DNA of 64,000 nt from a virus. The position numbers and the translations under genes are program-made. Position 1 is the first letter of the stretch. Each line of letters begins with the position of its first letter. The notes under the pieces were generated by a model. That model worked only from the letters and a program-made list of their open reading frames with translations. It had not been told where the DNA came from and searched no databases. The DNA is taken from the IMG/VR virus record IMGVR_UViG_3300015242_000001. One strand, written 5' to 3'. This document shows, one piece after another, positions 52,801-60,000 of the stretch.

Positions 52801-52892
52801 TTAACCAAGCTATCTATTACATGGCTTTATTTAACTCCGATTTAGCCACTGAATTAGGTATAAAAATACAGTCCAGTTCAGGAGGTAGATAG
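43797..52892 (+). CDS. Giant (3031 aa) polyvalent cargo protein with zincin-like and PD-(D/E)xK-like domains
   Basis: N-terminal Gly/Ala-rich membrane-like helices; LTEEAMH at about 48426-48440; AGTLDFVAIKPDG...NFK at about 49290-49355. Confidence 0.65.
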   Translation: MLVDKQLLQQSSTPEDTLSDFPQIGSQPTAFTPIPTNENDPTRPQQSSSLGAQLINQANKSASKLSPTNGPRVSYSELPTNGRFPTYSPFLSNEELAAQSQPWYFKAGNAITKGLGLATSTALQGTVGAVYGVGKWLEDGKFSSFYNNEFSQGLDKWNQQMENQFPNYYTHAEQSANWYSPTNFLSANFLFDKVIKNLGYAAGAYISGAGWAKAFTLLGSVSKLSAAGALVDASIASENAIASVANTNKIGALEGAFANIGNKFAANYNLLNTTQRAMYAGLMTTGEAGMEALQNANQFRQKLIDNYYNTNGQLPTGIDLDAINKQVDQVGNTTFLLNTALLSLTNYVQLPKIMGSSYNLEKREFVNAINNIEDISLKNEAGETLNTLGRTAKDQFYKSAKATTKFGRISSLGEYFFSPSEAFEEGAQNVISVGTENYWNKKNKEGSADVLNDLFGYGTKQTLTTKDGIEQILIGGLSGAISEIRGNFKSRKERAANTESAVQAFNSTYLGSFLKSANDSVNRHDNLEQQRVEAIKGGDILQSKDLETDELINYLTPRIQYGKYELFLNDIGQFKQIASTDEGLKQLQAQGLISQDATQTQVLSHLDRLQQFGNTIKAQYEALNIKYAGLKNKGGDRVYTDDVINKMIYASGKVDDYNRRIPQASQTVLAAGVLTQPIVEAVVNNTEDKDELIKQAVSHIESLPILQDAKDEIRQNLADIIEMSVRRKQFLDEYKDIRENPVNYQDKNELKDSEPVESIQIGDRELKIGRSYTPSNPIQIVNNQLELSPRTQILGRNYLDEISITTGNGVRSVPLSQVQSQDFIDQPLTRNQTELNNRLNKTIEDFFIKQPQQNPTLTDPTSTLEEKVQAVNDLPNNLNLLNDLQVELRKTLDQFLEEERLEQERLDKLADELSKTQDEISGESETDKPEDLPVPEDVTKEPRKPIEINFKSSRPASYYAPLKEENNQYHKREQEFLNRINLSSFPLDRDKLRIIPVTINNQDTIGLKHLIPETYEVNGKEINNNKNIDRAAIALVYAYETSDGLRLVDKEGNLLNKIGEENDPTSYVYTYLATTDFSYTGGENKDYTGKVNFSNPNKISDAQIKEIQKKAREDRKYLLSLKDAQPYSFTVSAGIPNIIRDESGSVRPLNNSVVDSQIIAQSDLSDKKLLSSRFPLSDTYLKLGESFYKLNSHKFTEQEATKVYELLRIMSKQIQDSFASTGAVSVDPTLRKYLSRIIYFDFPRGKAPRPQQVWFDKAGKLHLGTSLVVQPVQENIEANKQDIIDFFNGKQQNVNPYQVNNDGIFTEITSVNGDTYETVKWKSYQHYLLSPIYDLQGKSKVNGTTRNAILTTNTIVPQMVDGIQEAPLISKYVTIVGDISTQATPNTPAEPVDTTDQPEVSEEPVTPPLDESIPEELPAEEDVQVINEPEEKPVMYVSFIDTMNRMKPLGYTETQIVGMKLKDQEKILRENNLWYEIEGYDTELTSSEDTLNKVKEFLKRVGTTIEHVESIKINGTSLSAVGVADTVNNLIQVVDGKENVALTEEAMHIAVDLIATNNPELYNQLKSEAKKYKLYDDVVKSPEYQAAYDNPSNLQKEAVAKILTEYVIYKNESTEKPELIAEAQSWWKRALEFIKSIFSIANFNPFENVATKILKGTEDFSGSTIEDGGLYYKIPSSQESTKLFDKLKSVADSITKVIKENGKVSYIKKDSSPVSKTLQQRVDDYYKEKHANKEISDTQLKDSKKRLADDNAAHQDIYDILDRYIDSNTGWVRRNEGGEITPLDKTNISQLDPTNSEYYDTIEEYLKETIESYPEGTQFLFNQTVYDEQNDEAGTLDFVAIKPDGTHDDLNFKFLNVDTEKRFDVPYYDKRAYNLELSRLSKTLSDKYGLKKQGLSRAIPIVPKYTRGTDNDLTLQDMEIGDTTVERINKRYLLPVPSEVEPPVTKGVKTLIDKLNEILSELEKNNTESSTKYEVQKQINSITSAIRVLQVQGNVNPLIKTVSNQVDNIRKTIDRYNSIYQSGNTDSIAEINTEEVSKQLVDSYTDLTVYTTLGVAFKDVYSADTVEYKKLRNLSAKARNIQEDLVDISKLQVNSIANRYGVQGVLFEEKNVRWLAKNFMSLSDARTASTQTLNKIVNRARQDREFEFEGEIKKLKKLQDNLNKSNLTDKAQDLLFEKQDGKKTGLLTPKYKKEFYQNLNEALTTGNKAWVEENVDISKYNEEYEKSYTSFKEYLEQQYADYEGDEKEELISTPLEKFAKEYDFKNHPETALNDQNNRFLRFPKGDLWYSDQYSQLIQKGNEPILALYDYMKSKNDEAYETGLFKTYHATFFANVRKSFLENLTFGLTEDGTSAIRNQIENIFNFKLNPEDDVYGYIDPITHQPKDKIFAYYTSQISADEKSYDIFRVLTLWNHELIKYKYLSQVENQVKLLHLVESNKNHLETDKFGNIKAETIEEAIAAGNQNNAKYLKEFIDATIYGKRFSTDQPDMGLTVGVGKIAKAINKVLGAEILPMPDQQKTQVSVVKFVDAMNRWFRLKAMGVNPLSGISAWFGGTANAALNAGTYGSKNNYLAAQFRLAAGKFGGNEGKRYAANIQYFMPLVDNISGEKAREMSINKAQKYLTSGSLMVFLKTADKIVQYTNMVFFAENHTIVDGKIVGIQQYVKEQNIYDRVLDTSVPSQERKALQKDINTKIAERKRTKSLIQLVKVDGEDISFEGVERNSETVKDFRDKIQQFTREAIGNSTPENISQINRTIVGQSLMMFKSWIPPLVTTRFGGLRYVSGKDAYDYGRMRIMGTVIRDHGLKSISTLLSYYTSGTASQGQDNLIDTAKRIYQQKVEAFRKQGAFVTDVTGQLITDPSTGENLTAFETKMTEAEFVDMYLKGFDAAVKDMLVWLSMAGILISMRVYAPDKDEEDPQTKGYFRHGLRMLDKLQDEVGFFYNPLSWQDVIGGKIFPSIAVLTDIKNVIWNSTMNTFLWLNGDEDAGDKKVAKYLFKNIPGVNQAIYYMALFNSDLATELGIKIQSSSGGR

Positions 52893-52937
52893 TAGCTATA
52901 TAATGAGAACTCCGTAAGATAATAACTCCCCTAATGC

Positions 52938-52968
52938 TTTCATAAACTAATTATTTTCATTAGTTTTG
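52938..52968 (+). promoter_or_regulatory. Bacteroidota-type promoter for the glycosyltransferase operon
   Basis: TTTC (52938-41)-N19-TAGTTTTG (52961-68), with ATG at 52986. Confidence 0.6.
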
Positions 52969-52985
52969 TATAATAAAACCAACCT

Positions 52986-53747
52986 ATGTCAGATTTGAAA
53001 ATAGTGTGCCTTTGTCTTTCGGCAGGTAGACATTTTTGTTTAGAAAGATCTGTATCATTTTTCTTAGATCAAGACTACCCAAACAAGCACCTAATTATAT
53101 ATCAAAACTCATCAGTACCTCAAAAGCTGGATGACTCTATAGATACATCTTTAGTAACTCTGATAAATAATAATATTTTTAGTGAAACTGGAGAACCATA
53201 TACAAATTTAGGAGATATTCATAACGATGCGATAAAACATATCCCTGAAGATGCTGATGTAGTGAACTTCTTCGATGACGACGACATAAATGCAAAATAT
53301 TTTATATATGAAGGTATACAGGGGTACAAGAGAGCAGTAGAAGCCGGTAAAAAGGCATTTAAACCCCGCACTTGCATTTTTAGGAGTATGGGAAAGATGG
53401 AGCCAGTACAAAATATCTTAGAGGGATCTTGGTTTGTGAGTGCAAAATACATTAAAGAATCGAAATTTATTTCAGGAGTAAATGTTAGCCACCATCACGG
53501 TTGGTGTAATGGTTTAATAGCTGCTCAAGATTTTTTATCTGATGATTTTTCAGAACCCGATTATGTGTACTGCTGGGGAGAAGAAGAAGTCCCCGTTTAC
53601 AAAACTTCTGGTGCTGGTGAAACTTGGAATAATTTTGCAAATTATCATAGATTTTCACAAGATCATGGTGATGGAGTAATCTCCAGAATGAATGTTGACA
53701 AATATTACAAGGAAATAGAAGAGTACAAAAAATCCAGAGGTGTTTGA
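52986..53747 (+). CDS. Glycosyltransferase, GT-A fold (GT2-like)
   Basis: IVCLCLSAGR...SVSFFLDQDYPNKHLII...FFDDDD; no transmembrane segment. Confidence 0.75.
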   Translation: MSDLKIVCLCLSAGRHFCLERSVSFFLDQDYPNKHLIIYQNSSVPQKLDDSIDTSLVTLINNNIFSETGEPYTNLGDIHNDAIKHIPEDADVVNFFDDDDINAKYFIYEGIQGYKRAVEAGKKAFKPRTCIFRSMGKMEPVQNILEGSWFVSAKYIKESKFISGVNVSHHHGWCNGLIAAQDFLSDDFSEPDYVYCWGEEEVPVYKTSGAGETWNNFANYHRFSQDHGDGVISRMNVDKYYKEIEEYKKSRGV

Positions 53748-54399
53748 TATCCCTGTTATTATAAACAATTTTAATAGAGTCACAACCACTAAGAAATTAG
53801 TAAGTGATTTACAAAACTTAGGATATACAAACGTTATCATTTTAGATAATCAATCTACATATACCCCACTTCTTGAATGGTATAAAACAAATCCCTGTAG
53901 AGTAGAACATTTAGAGAGGAATTTTCAGAGTTTAGCTGTGTATGACTGTGGCATTATAAAAGAATTTAAAGACCTCCCTTGGGTAGCCTATACAGATTCA
54001 GATATTGAACTTAACCCAAATACTCCAGCTGATTTTGTAAATACTCTTATTGAGAAAGCTGAGAAATACGATTACCCTAAAGCTGGCCTATCCATTCGTA
54101 TTGATGATCTCCCAGATACTAATTTTGCAAATGAATATAGAATTTGGGAAAGAAAATACTGGGAACATCCATTAGAAGAGAATGTATTTGATGCGCAGGT
54201 TGATACTACATTTTGTATAATAAAACCATCTCTTAGATTCGACTATAGAGCGTTAAGAGTAGCTGGAGATTTAACCTGTATTCACCGTCCCTGGTACGTA
54301 GATTTTGACAATTTGGATGAAGAAGAACTTCACTATATAGAAAAATCCCTCGACTATTCTACCTATAAACGATACTACTACACCCATAAGAATAAGTAA
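53740..54399 (+). CDS. Glycosyltransferase, GT-A fold (GT2-like)
   Basis: IPVIINNFNR...VIILDNQST...YTDSDI (DxD motif); GTG start overlapping the previous stop. Confidence 0.75.
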   Translation: MFDIPVIINNFNRVTTTKKLVSDLQNLGYTNVIILDNQSTYTPLLEWYKTNPCRVEHLERNFQSLAVYDCGIIKEFKDLPWVAYTDSDIELNPNTPADFVNTLIEKAEKYDYPKAGLSIRIDDLPDTNFANEYRIWERKYWEHPLEENVFDAQVDTTFCIIKPSLRFDYRALRVAGDLTCIHRPWYVDFDNLDEEELHYIEKSLDYSTYKRYYYTHKNK

Positions 54400-57209
54400 T
54401 GAAATTAATTAAGGATTTCCTCCTGTTAACCCCAAAAGCATTTTATAATGCTACCCGTTCAGAGCTTTGCCGTCAAGCCTCTGGATGTACCTCATCTGGC
54501 GGCCTTACTCAAGTATATAGAACGAATTCAGCTACTGTTACCTGGACTGGAGATGGTACACAAGCTAATCCGCTTGTAGCCACTGCTGCCGGAGGAACTA
54601 CCCCAACACTTCAACAAGTAACTACAGTAGGATCTACCACTAATCAAAATATGACTATTAACAGTGCTGTTCCTCAAATGAGAGTGGAGAGTACTGGATC
54701 AGGATCTAGCTTAGTCCTAACTACATCAACAAATTCAAATTCAGCATCAATAAATAATGATGCAAATAGTTCACTGATAATCCTTAATGGGGATTCAGGT
54801 TCTAGTATAAAAATTAACAATGCTGCTGGCAATACTGGAAGAGATTTAACTTTTGTAAGAGGAACAAACACAGTTACTAATACTTTCTTTACTGATGGTA
54901 GAGTTTCAGGTACAGCTGCTACAAATGCTGGAGAGTTTACGATCAAAAGTCAAGTACCCACTTTGGCTCTTGGTGCTACACTTACGGGGTTCGTTCCTAC
55001 CACTAATACCCCCGTTGCTGATACTGATACTTTATCTGACGCTTTGGGGAAATATCAAGCTCAAATTGATGCTTTAGCTGCTACTGGAACAGGTACAGTT
55101 TCATCTGTATCCCTTACAGCTCCGTCAGTGTTTACAGTATCTGGATCTCCGGTTACAACTACTGGAACCCTAGCCGTTACATTTGCAACCGGACAAACTC
55201 AAAACTTAGTACTCGCTTCTCCAAATGGTAGTAGTGGCGCAGTAAGTTTACGTGCTTTAGTTACAGCAGATATCCCGGTTTTAGATGCTGCTAAAATAAC
55301 AACAGGTACATTAGGTACTGCTCGTTTAGGATCTGGTACAGCAGACAACACAGTATTTTTACGAGGGGATGGTACATGGACAACAACCGGAATGTTGATT
55401 TCGCTGAATGCCCTTACAGCATCAACTCAAACATTCGCTGTAAGTACTACTGGTACGGATTTTACTATATCTTCAGCAACTAGTACTCACACTTTTAACT
55501 TACCCACAGCCAGTGCTTCTAATAGAGGTGCTTTAGCGTCTGCTGACTGGACAACATTCAATGGCAAACTTGGTACATTAAATACACTCACCGGAGCCAC
55601 CCAAACCTTCGCAGTGGGTTCGGCAGGAACTGACTTTGCAATTTCATCTACAGGTACTACCCATACATTTAACATTCCCGATGCCTCAGCTGCAAACAGA
55701 GGAGTAGTAACAACGGGTACGCAGACATTTGGAGGTAGTAAAACATTTAGCGCAATTACAGCGACCACTTCTATTCAAATTACCTCAACCAGCTCTAATT
55801 TATACGTACCTCTTGCTAATACAGCTCAAACTATTACTGCTGCAACACAATACCTTTTCGGTGGAGCCTCTACTATATTTTTGAGGGCCGGATTTAGAGG
55901 TTCAACATCTACAACTCTTACAGCCAATACTAGTTCAGCTAATGTGGTGATGGGGAAAGTAGATATTACAACTGCTGCAACAGGAACTCATGCAGTTTTA
56001 GCAAATCTTGTAGTAACAGCCCCTACTTTTACATCAGGAGGCGCTGCCGTCACAAATTTTGCTTCATTATATATTGATGCTGCTCCAACAGGTGCTACTA
56101 ATAACTGGGCCTCTTATGTTGCAGCAGGTGCATCTTATTTTGGTGGAAATACAGTATTTGCTTCAAATGGTACTCCAGCTGTAGGTTCTGTCCCCACAGG
56201 TACAGATACCGCAGGTAATTGGACATGGCAAACGAATGTACCTTCAGTGAATGCGTTAACTGGAGCTTTGACTATAGCCGTTGGTACATCTGGTACTGAC
56301 GTGGCTGTAAGTGCGGCTAGTACGACTGTTACAATCAACATTCCAAGTGCAAGTGCTACTGCTAGAGGAGTAGTTACTACAGGTGCTCAAACGCTTACTG
56401 GTGTAAAAACCTTTGCGAGTGATTTGAATGTTCCTGGTATCGCAATGTCAGGAAAATTGGGTATCGGTACTGGTACGACTGTCCCCACAAGTGCAAACCT
56501 CTATTCTATTAGTACTTCATTACCACAGTATAAAGGCGCGTATGATGCATCCAATTATATATTACTTACTACAGCAAGTAATGGTACAACTACTTTTGCT
56601 TTAACAGGTACTTCTCCAATTTTCATCTTTAGTCAGCAAGTTAGATTATCAGCAGGAACTCCTGGTACTGGTAAAGTACTGACTGATTCAGATGGTAGTG
56701 GATCAGCTGTATGGAGCACCCCCACTGCAAACATTCCCCTGTTTGATCATATAAGTACAGTAGGTAATACAGGTACTAGTGAAACAGATCTTTACACTGA
56801 TACTACAGCTGCCAACAGATTAAACGCTAATGGTGAAAAATTAAAGGCTAGTTATGGTGGATCTTTTGTTGGTTCAGCTACAGCTAGTAGACAAATGAGA
56901 ACATACTTTGGTGGAACTCTCATATTCGATAGTGGAGGATTAACAATGTCTCTAGCAGGAGATTGGGAAATGGACGTGTTAATTATTAGGACTGGTACTA
57001 CCACAGCAAGGGCTGTTGTTACATTTAATACCCCTGGAGCATCAACTGCTGTTTATACAACTACAACATTACTTACGGGACTTACGCTCTCAGGAACTAA
57101 TATTTTGAAAATAACCGGAACCGCAGCAGGTGCAGGAGCCGCTACAAATGATATCACAGCAAAGTTAGGGACTGTATCATGGATTCCCGCTTCAGCTAGT
57201 GTTAGTTAA
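54399..57209 (+). CDS. Thr/Gly/Ala-rich fibre protein
   Basis: Shares VSGSPVTTxGTL...ASPNGSSG...RALxTxDIP repeats with 20144 and PTGTDTAGNWTWQT with 23300; internal LNxLTxxTQTFAV repeats. Confidence 0.7.
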   Translation: MKLIKDFLLLTPKAFYNATRSELCRQASGCTSSGGLTQVYRTNSATVTWTGDGTQANPLVATAAGGTTPTLQQVTTVGSTTNQNMTINSAVPQMRVESTGSGSSLVLTTSTNSNSASINNDANSSLIILNGDSGSSIKINNAAGNTGRDLTFVRGTNTVTNTFFTDGRVSGTAATNAGEFTIKSQVPTLALGATLTGFVPTTNTPVADTDTLSDALGKYQAQIDALAATGTGTVSSVSLTAPSVFTVSGSPVTTTGTLAVTFATGQTQNLVLASPNGSSGAVSLRALVTADIPVLDAAKITTGTLGTARLGSGTADNTVFLRGDGTWTTTGMLISLNALTASTQTFAVSTTGTDFTISSATSTHTFNLPTASASNRGALASADWTTFNGKLGTLNTLTGATQTFAVGSAGTDFAISSTGTTHTFNIPDASAANRGVVTTGTQTFGGSKTFSAITATTSIQITSTSSNLYVPLANTAQTITAATQYLFGGASTIFLRAGFRGSTSTTLTANTSSANVVMGKVDITTAATGTHAVLANLVVTAPTFTSGGAAVTNFASLYIDAAPTGATNNWASYVAAGASYFGGNTVFASNGTPAVGSVPTGTDTAGNWTWQTNVPSVNALTGALTIAVGTSGTDVAVSAASTTVTINIPSASATARGVVTTGAQTLTGVKTFASDLNVPGIAMSGKLGIGTGTTVPTSANLYSISTSLPQYKGAYDASNYILLTTASNGTTTFALTGTSPIFIFSQQVRLSAGTPGTGKVLTDSDGSGSAVWSTPTANIPLFDHISTVGNTGTSETDLYTDTTAANRLNANGEKLKASYGGSFVGSATASRQMRTYFGGTLIFDSGGLTMSLAGDWEMDVLIIRTGTTTARAVVTFNTPGASTAVYTTTTLLTGLTLSGTNILKITGTAAGAGAATNDITAKLGTVSWIPASASVS
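56193..56235 (+). repeat. 43-bp perfect direct repeat, copy 2
   Basis: Identical to 25043-25085. Confidence 0.9.
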
Positions 57210-57236
57210 TTGAATTATAAATACAAAAAATAAATT

Positions 57237-57827
57237 ATGGCATTCTATCAATTCGGAGCAGTAGCAATTGTAGCTGGAGATTTGCAGTATACATTATTTA
57301 ATATCGAGGAAGGACCGGCTGTATTCCTTATGGGTTACAGTACCGTTGGTGATGGTGGAGGTGGATTTTTTAAGTGGAAGAAATATGAATTTAGTACTCC
57401 CCCAGTTCCAGATTCTTCAGTTACTTATCCATTGGGTTATAACATTATTGCTGGTAATCCAGTATTTCCTAATTGCAGATTTGAACGAATAAATAATTAT
57501 GATATACCACATACCCCACTTACTATCACGCAGTCAACGGCCTCTAGAGCAGTAAATGGTTCATATGTAATATCTACTATTAAAAATTGTATTGCAACTT
57601 ATTCTTTTAGTGTTAACTCACTGTTAACAGCAGGCACAGTATTCTTTGAAATATCTCCAGATAATAGTACTTGGCAAACTGTATCACAATTCGGAGTAGG
57701 AGCAGGTCTTACATTAACTACAATGGGGTGTGTTCATGGTTTTGTACCAAAATCATATTATACCCGACTTAGAACTACAGGATTGGCAATACTTACTATA
57801 CTAAATCAACAGGAAGTACTTATCTAA
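57237..57827 (+). CDS. Short protein with a tailspike-type N-terminal domain
   Basis: GYSTVGDGGGGFFKW resembles the N-termini of 23300 and 25578. Confidence 0.55.
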   Translation: MAFYQFGAVAIVAGDLQYTLFNIEEGPAVFLMGYSTVGDGGGGFFKWKKYEFSTPPVPDSSVTYPLGYNIIAGNPVFPNCRFERINNYDIPHTPLTITQSTASRAVNGSYVISTIKNCIATYSFSVNSLLTAGTVFFEISPDNSTWQTVSQFGVGAGLTLTTMGCVHGFVPKSYYTRLRTTGLAILTILNQQEVLI

Positions 57828-57855
57828 TAGAATTAAAAACCAAAAATAAATACAT

Positions 57856-58485
57856 ATGGATAGATTAAGTATAATCAATTATTTGATTAAAAATAATAAT
57901 TATACAAGTTATTGCAATTTGGGTGTTTTCACGGGGTACACACTTGATAGTGTACTCTGTATACACAAAGTAGGAGTTGATCCTTCACCTGAACATTACA
58001 GAGGTAATTGTATCATAAAGAGTAAAACTTCAGATGATTATTTCAAACAATTGGATGAGGAAAAGTACTCTCACAAATTTGACCTCTTTTTTGTGGACGG
58101 TATGCATTTAGAAGAATACGTTTTAAGGGATATATCTAATTGTTTAAGATATTTATCAGACAATGGTAAAATAATTCTCCATGACTGCCTTCCAAGTAAG
58201 TGGGAACATGCACAAGAGCAATGGCTAGAACCAGAATGGAATGGTACAGTTTATAAAGCAATTCTTAGGTTCATGCGAGATGATATTTTCGGAAGTTATA
58301 CAGTAAGAACAGTGAATACAGATTATGGCTGTACTATAATTGAACGAAATGAAATCCCCCTGGAAAAGAATATTGATTTTGAAATGTATGATAAAGCCAT
58401 TGAAGACTTCAATTACTTCTTAGAGAATAAAGAAAAGCTATTCAACATTATAACCCCAGAAGAGTTTTATCAACTTTATAGCTAA
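57856..58485 (+). CDS. Class I SAM-dependent methyltransferase (Methyltransf_24-like, possibly a sugar O-methyltransferase)
   Basis: YCNLGVFTG; FDLFFVDGMH...D..N....L..NG.IILHDC. Confidence 0.8.
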   Translation: MDRLSIINYLIKNNNYTSYCNLGVFTGYTLDSVLCIHKVGVDPSPEHYRGNCIIKSKTSDDYFKQLDEEKYSHKFDLFFVDGMHLEEYVLRDISNCLRYLSDNGKIILHDCLPSKWEHAQEQWLEPEWNGTVYKAILRFMRDDIFGSYTVRTVNTDYGCTIIERNEIPLEKNIDFEMYDKAIEDFNYFLENKEKLFNIITPEEFYQLYS

Positions 58486-58518
58486 AATATCCCCAACTAC
58501 ATATTGAAAAACCAACCT

Positions 58519-59541
58519 ATGAAAGACCTTATATTTTTATCAGCAATTCCTGATGATCACTACTTCATTTTTCAGGTAGAAACTCAAATTAATTCATTTC
58601 AAAAATTTGGGTATAGTGAAAAAATGCACATCCTTCTTTATCGTGCGCCGGATAGACCCGAATGGAATAAAGAATGGGAAATTTTAGAACAGAGATACCC
58701 AGAAGTAAAGTTCTTTAGATATGAAGATAGGGGGATATTCAATATTCTAAGAAATGTTTACCTCCCTATATTAAGACCTCATATTATCTGGCAGCATTTT
58801 GAAAAATATACAGAATTATCTGAAAAAGCTATATTCTATCATGATAGTGATATAACGATACATTCCACTATCCCATTTGAAAAATGGTTAGATGACGACA
58901 TTTGTTACATGAGTAATACAAATAGTTATATAAATGCATCATACTGGGACTCTAAAGTAAATGATGTACTTCCTTCAAAATTGGAAGAGTATAAAAAAGT
59001 AGATGTGTTAGATGAGGCTTGCAAATTAGTAGGAATAACGAGAGAAATTGCAGTTAAAAATAATGAGCATTCGGGCGGCGCTCAAACCCTCTTTAAAAAT
59101 ATTGATGCGAACTACTGGAAGAAAGTTGAAGAAGATTGTATAAAGATTAGGATCTATTTATCTGGTATTAATTCAAAGTATTTTGAGTCTGAAGACAGAG
59201 GATTACAAGGATTTTGCTCAGATATGTGGAGTTGCTTGTGGAATACTTGGCTTAGAGGAACTGAAACAAAAATAGTTCCAGAACTTTCTTTTGTTTGGGC
59301 TACTGATCACATATCTAAATGGGATTCCTCTTCAATTTTTCATAATGCTGGAGCAGGTCCGCAGCCAATGAGAGTGGGGGATGTAGATCATCAGATATTT
59401 TTTAAAGGTCACTACGCATCAAATCAAAAATCCCCATTTGATGATAAAGAACAACCCTATTTAGATGCAACCTCTCCTGATTTTTGCACATACAATTATG
59501 TACAGGAGATTAAAGAAGTTAGAAACAAATATTATAAATAA
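58519..59541 (+). CDS. GT-A glycosyltransferase resembling peptidyl-serine galactosyltransferase / HPAT (GT96/GT95-like)
   Basis: Ordered motifs YFIFQ...NSFQKFG, YLPILRP, FYHDSD (DxD), GGAQ, GFCSDMW and IFHNAG; ATG at 58519 preferred over TTG at 58504. Confidence 0.65.
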   Translation: MKDLIFLSAIPDDHYFIFQVETQINSFQKFGYSEKMHILLYRAPDRPEWNKEWEILEQRYPEVKFFRYEDRGIFNILRNVYLPILRPHIIWQHFEKYTELSEKAIFYHDSDITIHSTIPFEKWLDDDICYMSNTNSYINASYWDSKVNDVLPSKLEEYKKVDVLDEACKLVGITREIAVKNNEHSGGAQTLFKNIDANYWKKVEEDCIKIRIYLSGINSKYFESEDRGLQGFCSDMWSCLWNTWLRGTETKIVPELSFVWATDHISKWDSSSIFHNAGAGPQPMRVGDVDHQIFFKGHYASNQKSPFDDKEQPYLDATSPDFCTYNYVQEIKEVRNKYYK

Positions 59542-59559
59542 CCCCTTAAATTTTAAAGA

Positions 59560-59943
59560 ATGCCGAGCGCTAGACACAATCTAAAGGCTTATGTCTTGTA
59601 TAAAAATGACAAGCTGGTCCCCGGAGTACTGGTATTAAGAACAAAGAAACCTACTGGTAATAATTGGTCAGAGGTACCTGCAAGATGTTGCTCAGATGTA
59701 ACAATTCCAGGATTTTTCAGGTCACATGGTCCCTTAAAGGGCTATATAAAGTATGCTAAAGATGGATATGTAATCTCTAGTTCTACTATTTTACGATCTA
59801 AGAAGCCCTCTCAAGGTCGCTGGGTAGAATTGCCAATACATCTCTGCTGCGAGTATTCCACCACGAGCACCACAACTACTTCCACCAGTACCTCAACCTC
59901 TACTACTTCATCCACAACTACCACAACAACTACCATCCCATAA
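59560..59943 (+). CDS. Small protein with two tandem ~45-aa repeats and a poly-Thr/Ser tail
   Basis: LKAYVLY...LRTKKP...W.EVP..CC and LKGYIKY...LRSKKP...W.ELP..CC; 26-residue S/T tract at 59857-59934. Confidence 0.7.
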   Translation: MPSARHNLKAYVLYKNDKLVPGVLVLRTKKPTGNNWSEVPARCCSDVTIPGFFRSHGPLKGYIKYAKDGYVISSSTILRSKKPSQGRWVELPIHLCCEYSTTSTTTTSTSTSTSTTSSTTTTTTTIP

Positions 59944-60000
59944 TATCAGTTAGGAAATTGTTTGTTAGCCAATTACCCACCCTCAAACCTAACTAATGCA

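Noticed and set aside
43797-52892. Calling the 3031-aa protein the virion RNA polymerase
   Set aside because: No catalytic DxDxD loop found by eye; left as a polyvalent cargo protein pending structural search
25043-56235. Diversity-generating retroelement TR/VR pair
   Set aside because: The repeat is perfect, with no adenine-specific mismatches; both copies are coding; no reverse transcriptase in the window
403-56341. Many short antisense or out-of-frame ORFs nested in the large + strand genes (e.g. 4654-5028, 9573-9881, 49925-50305)
   Set aside because: Fully overlap well-supported genes, lack recognisable motifs, and are expected by chance
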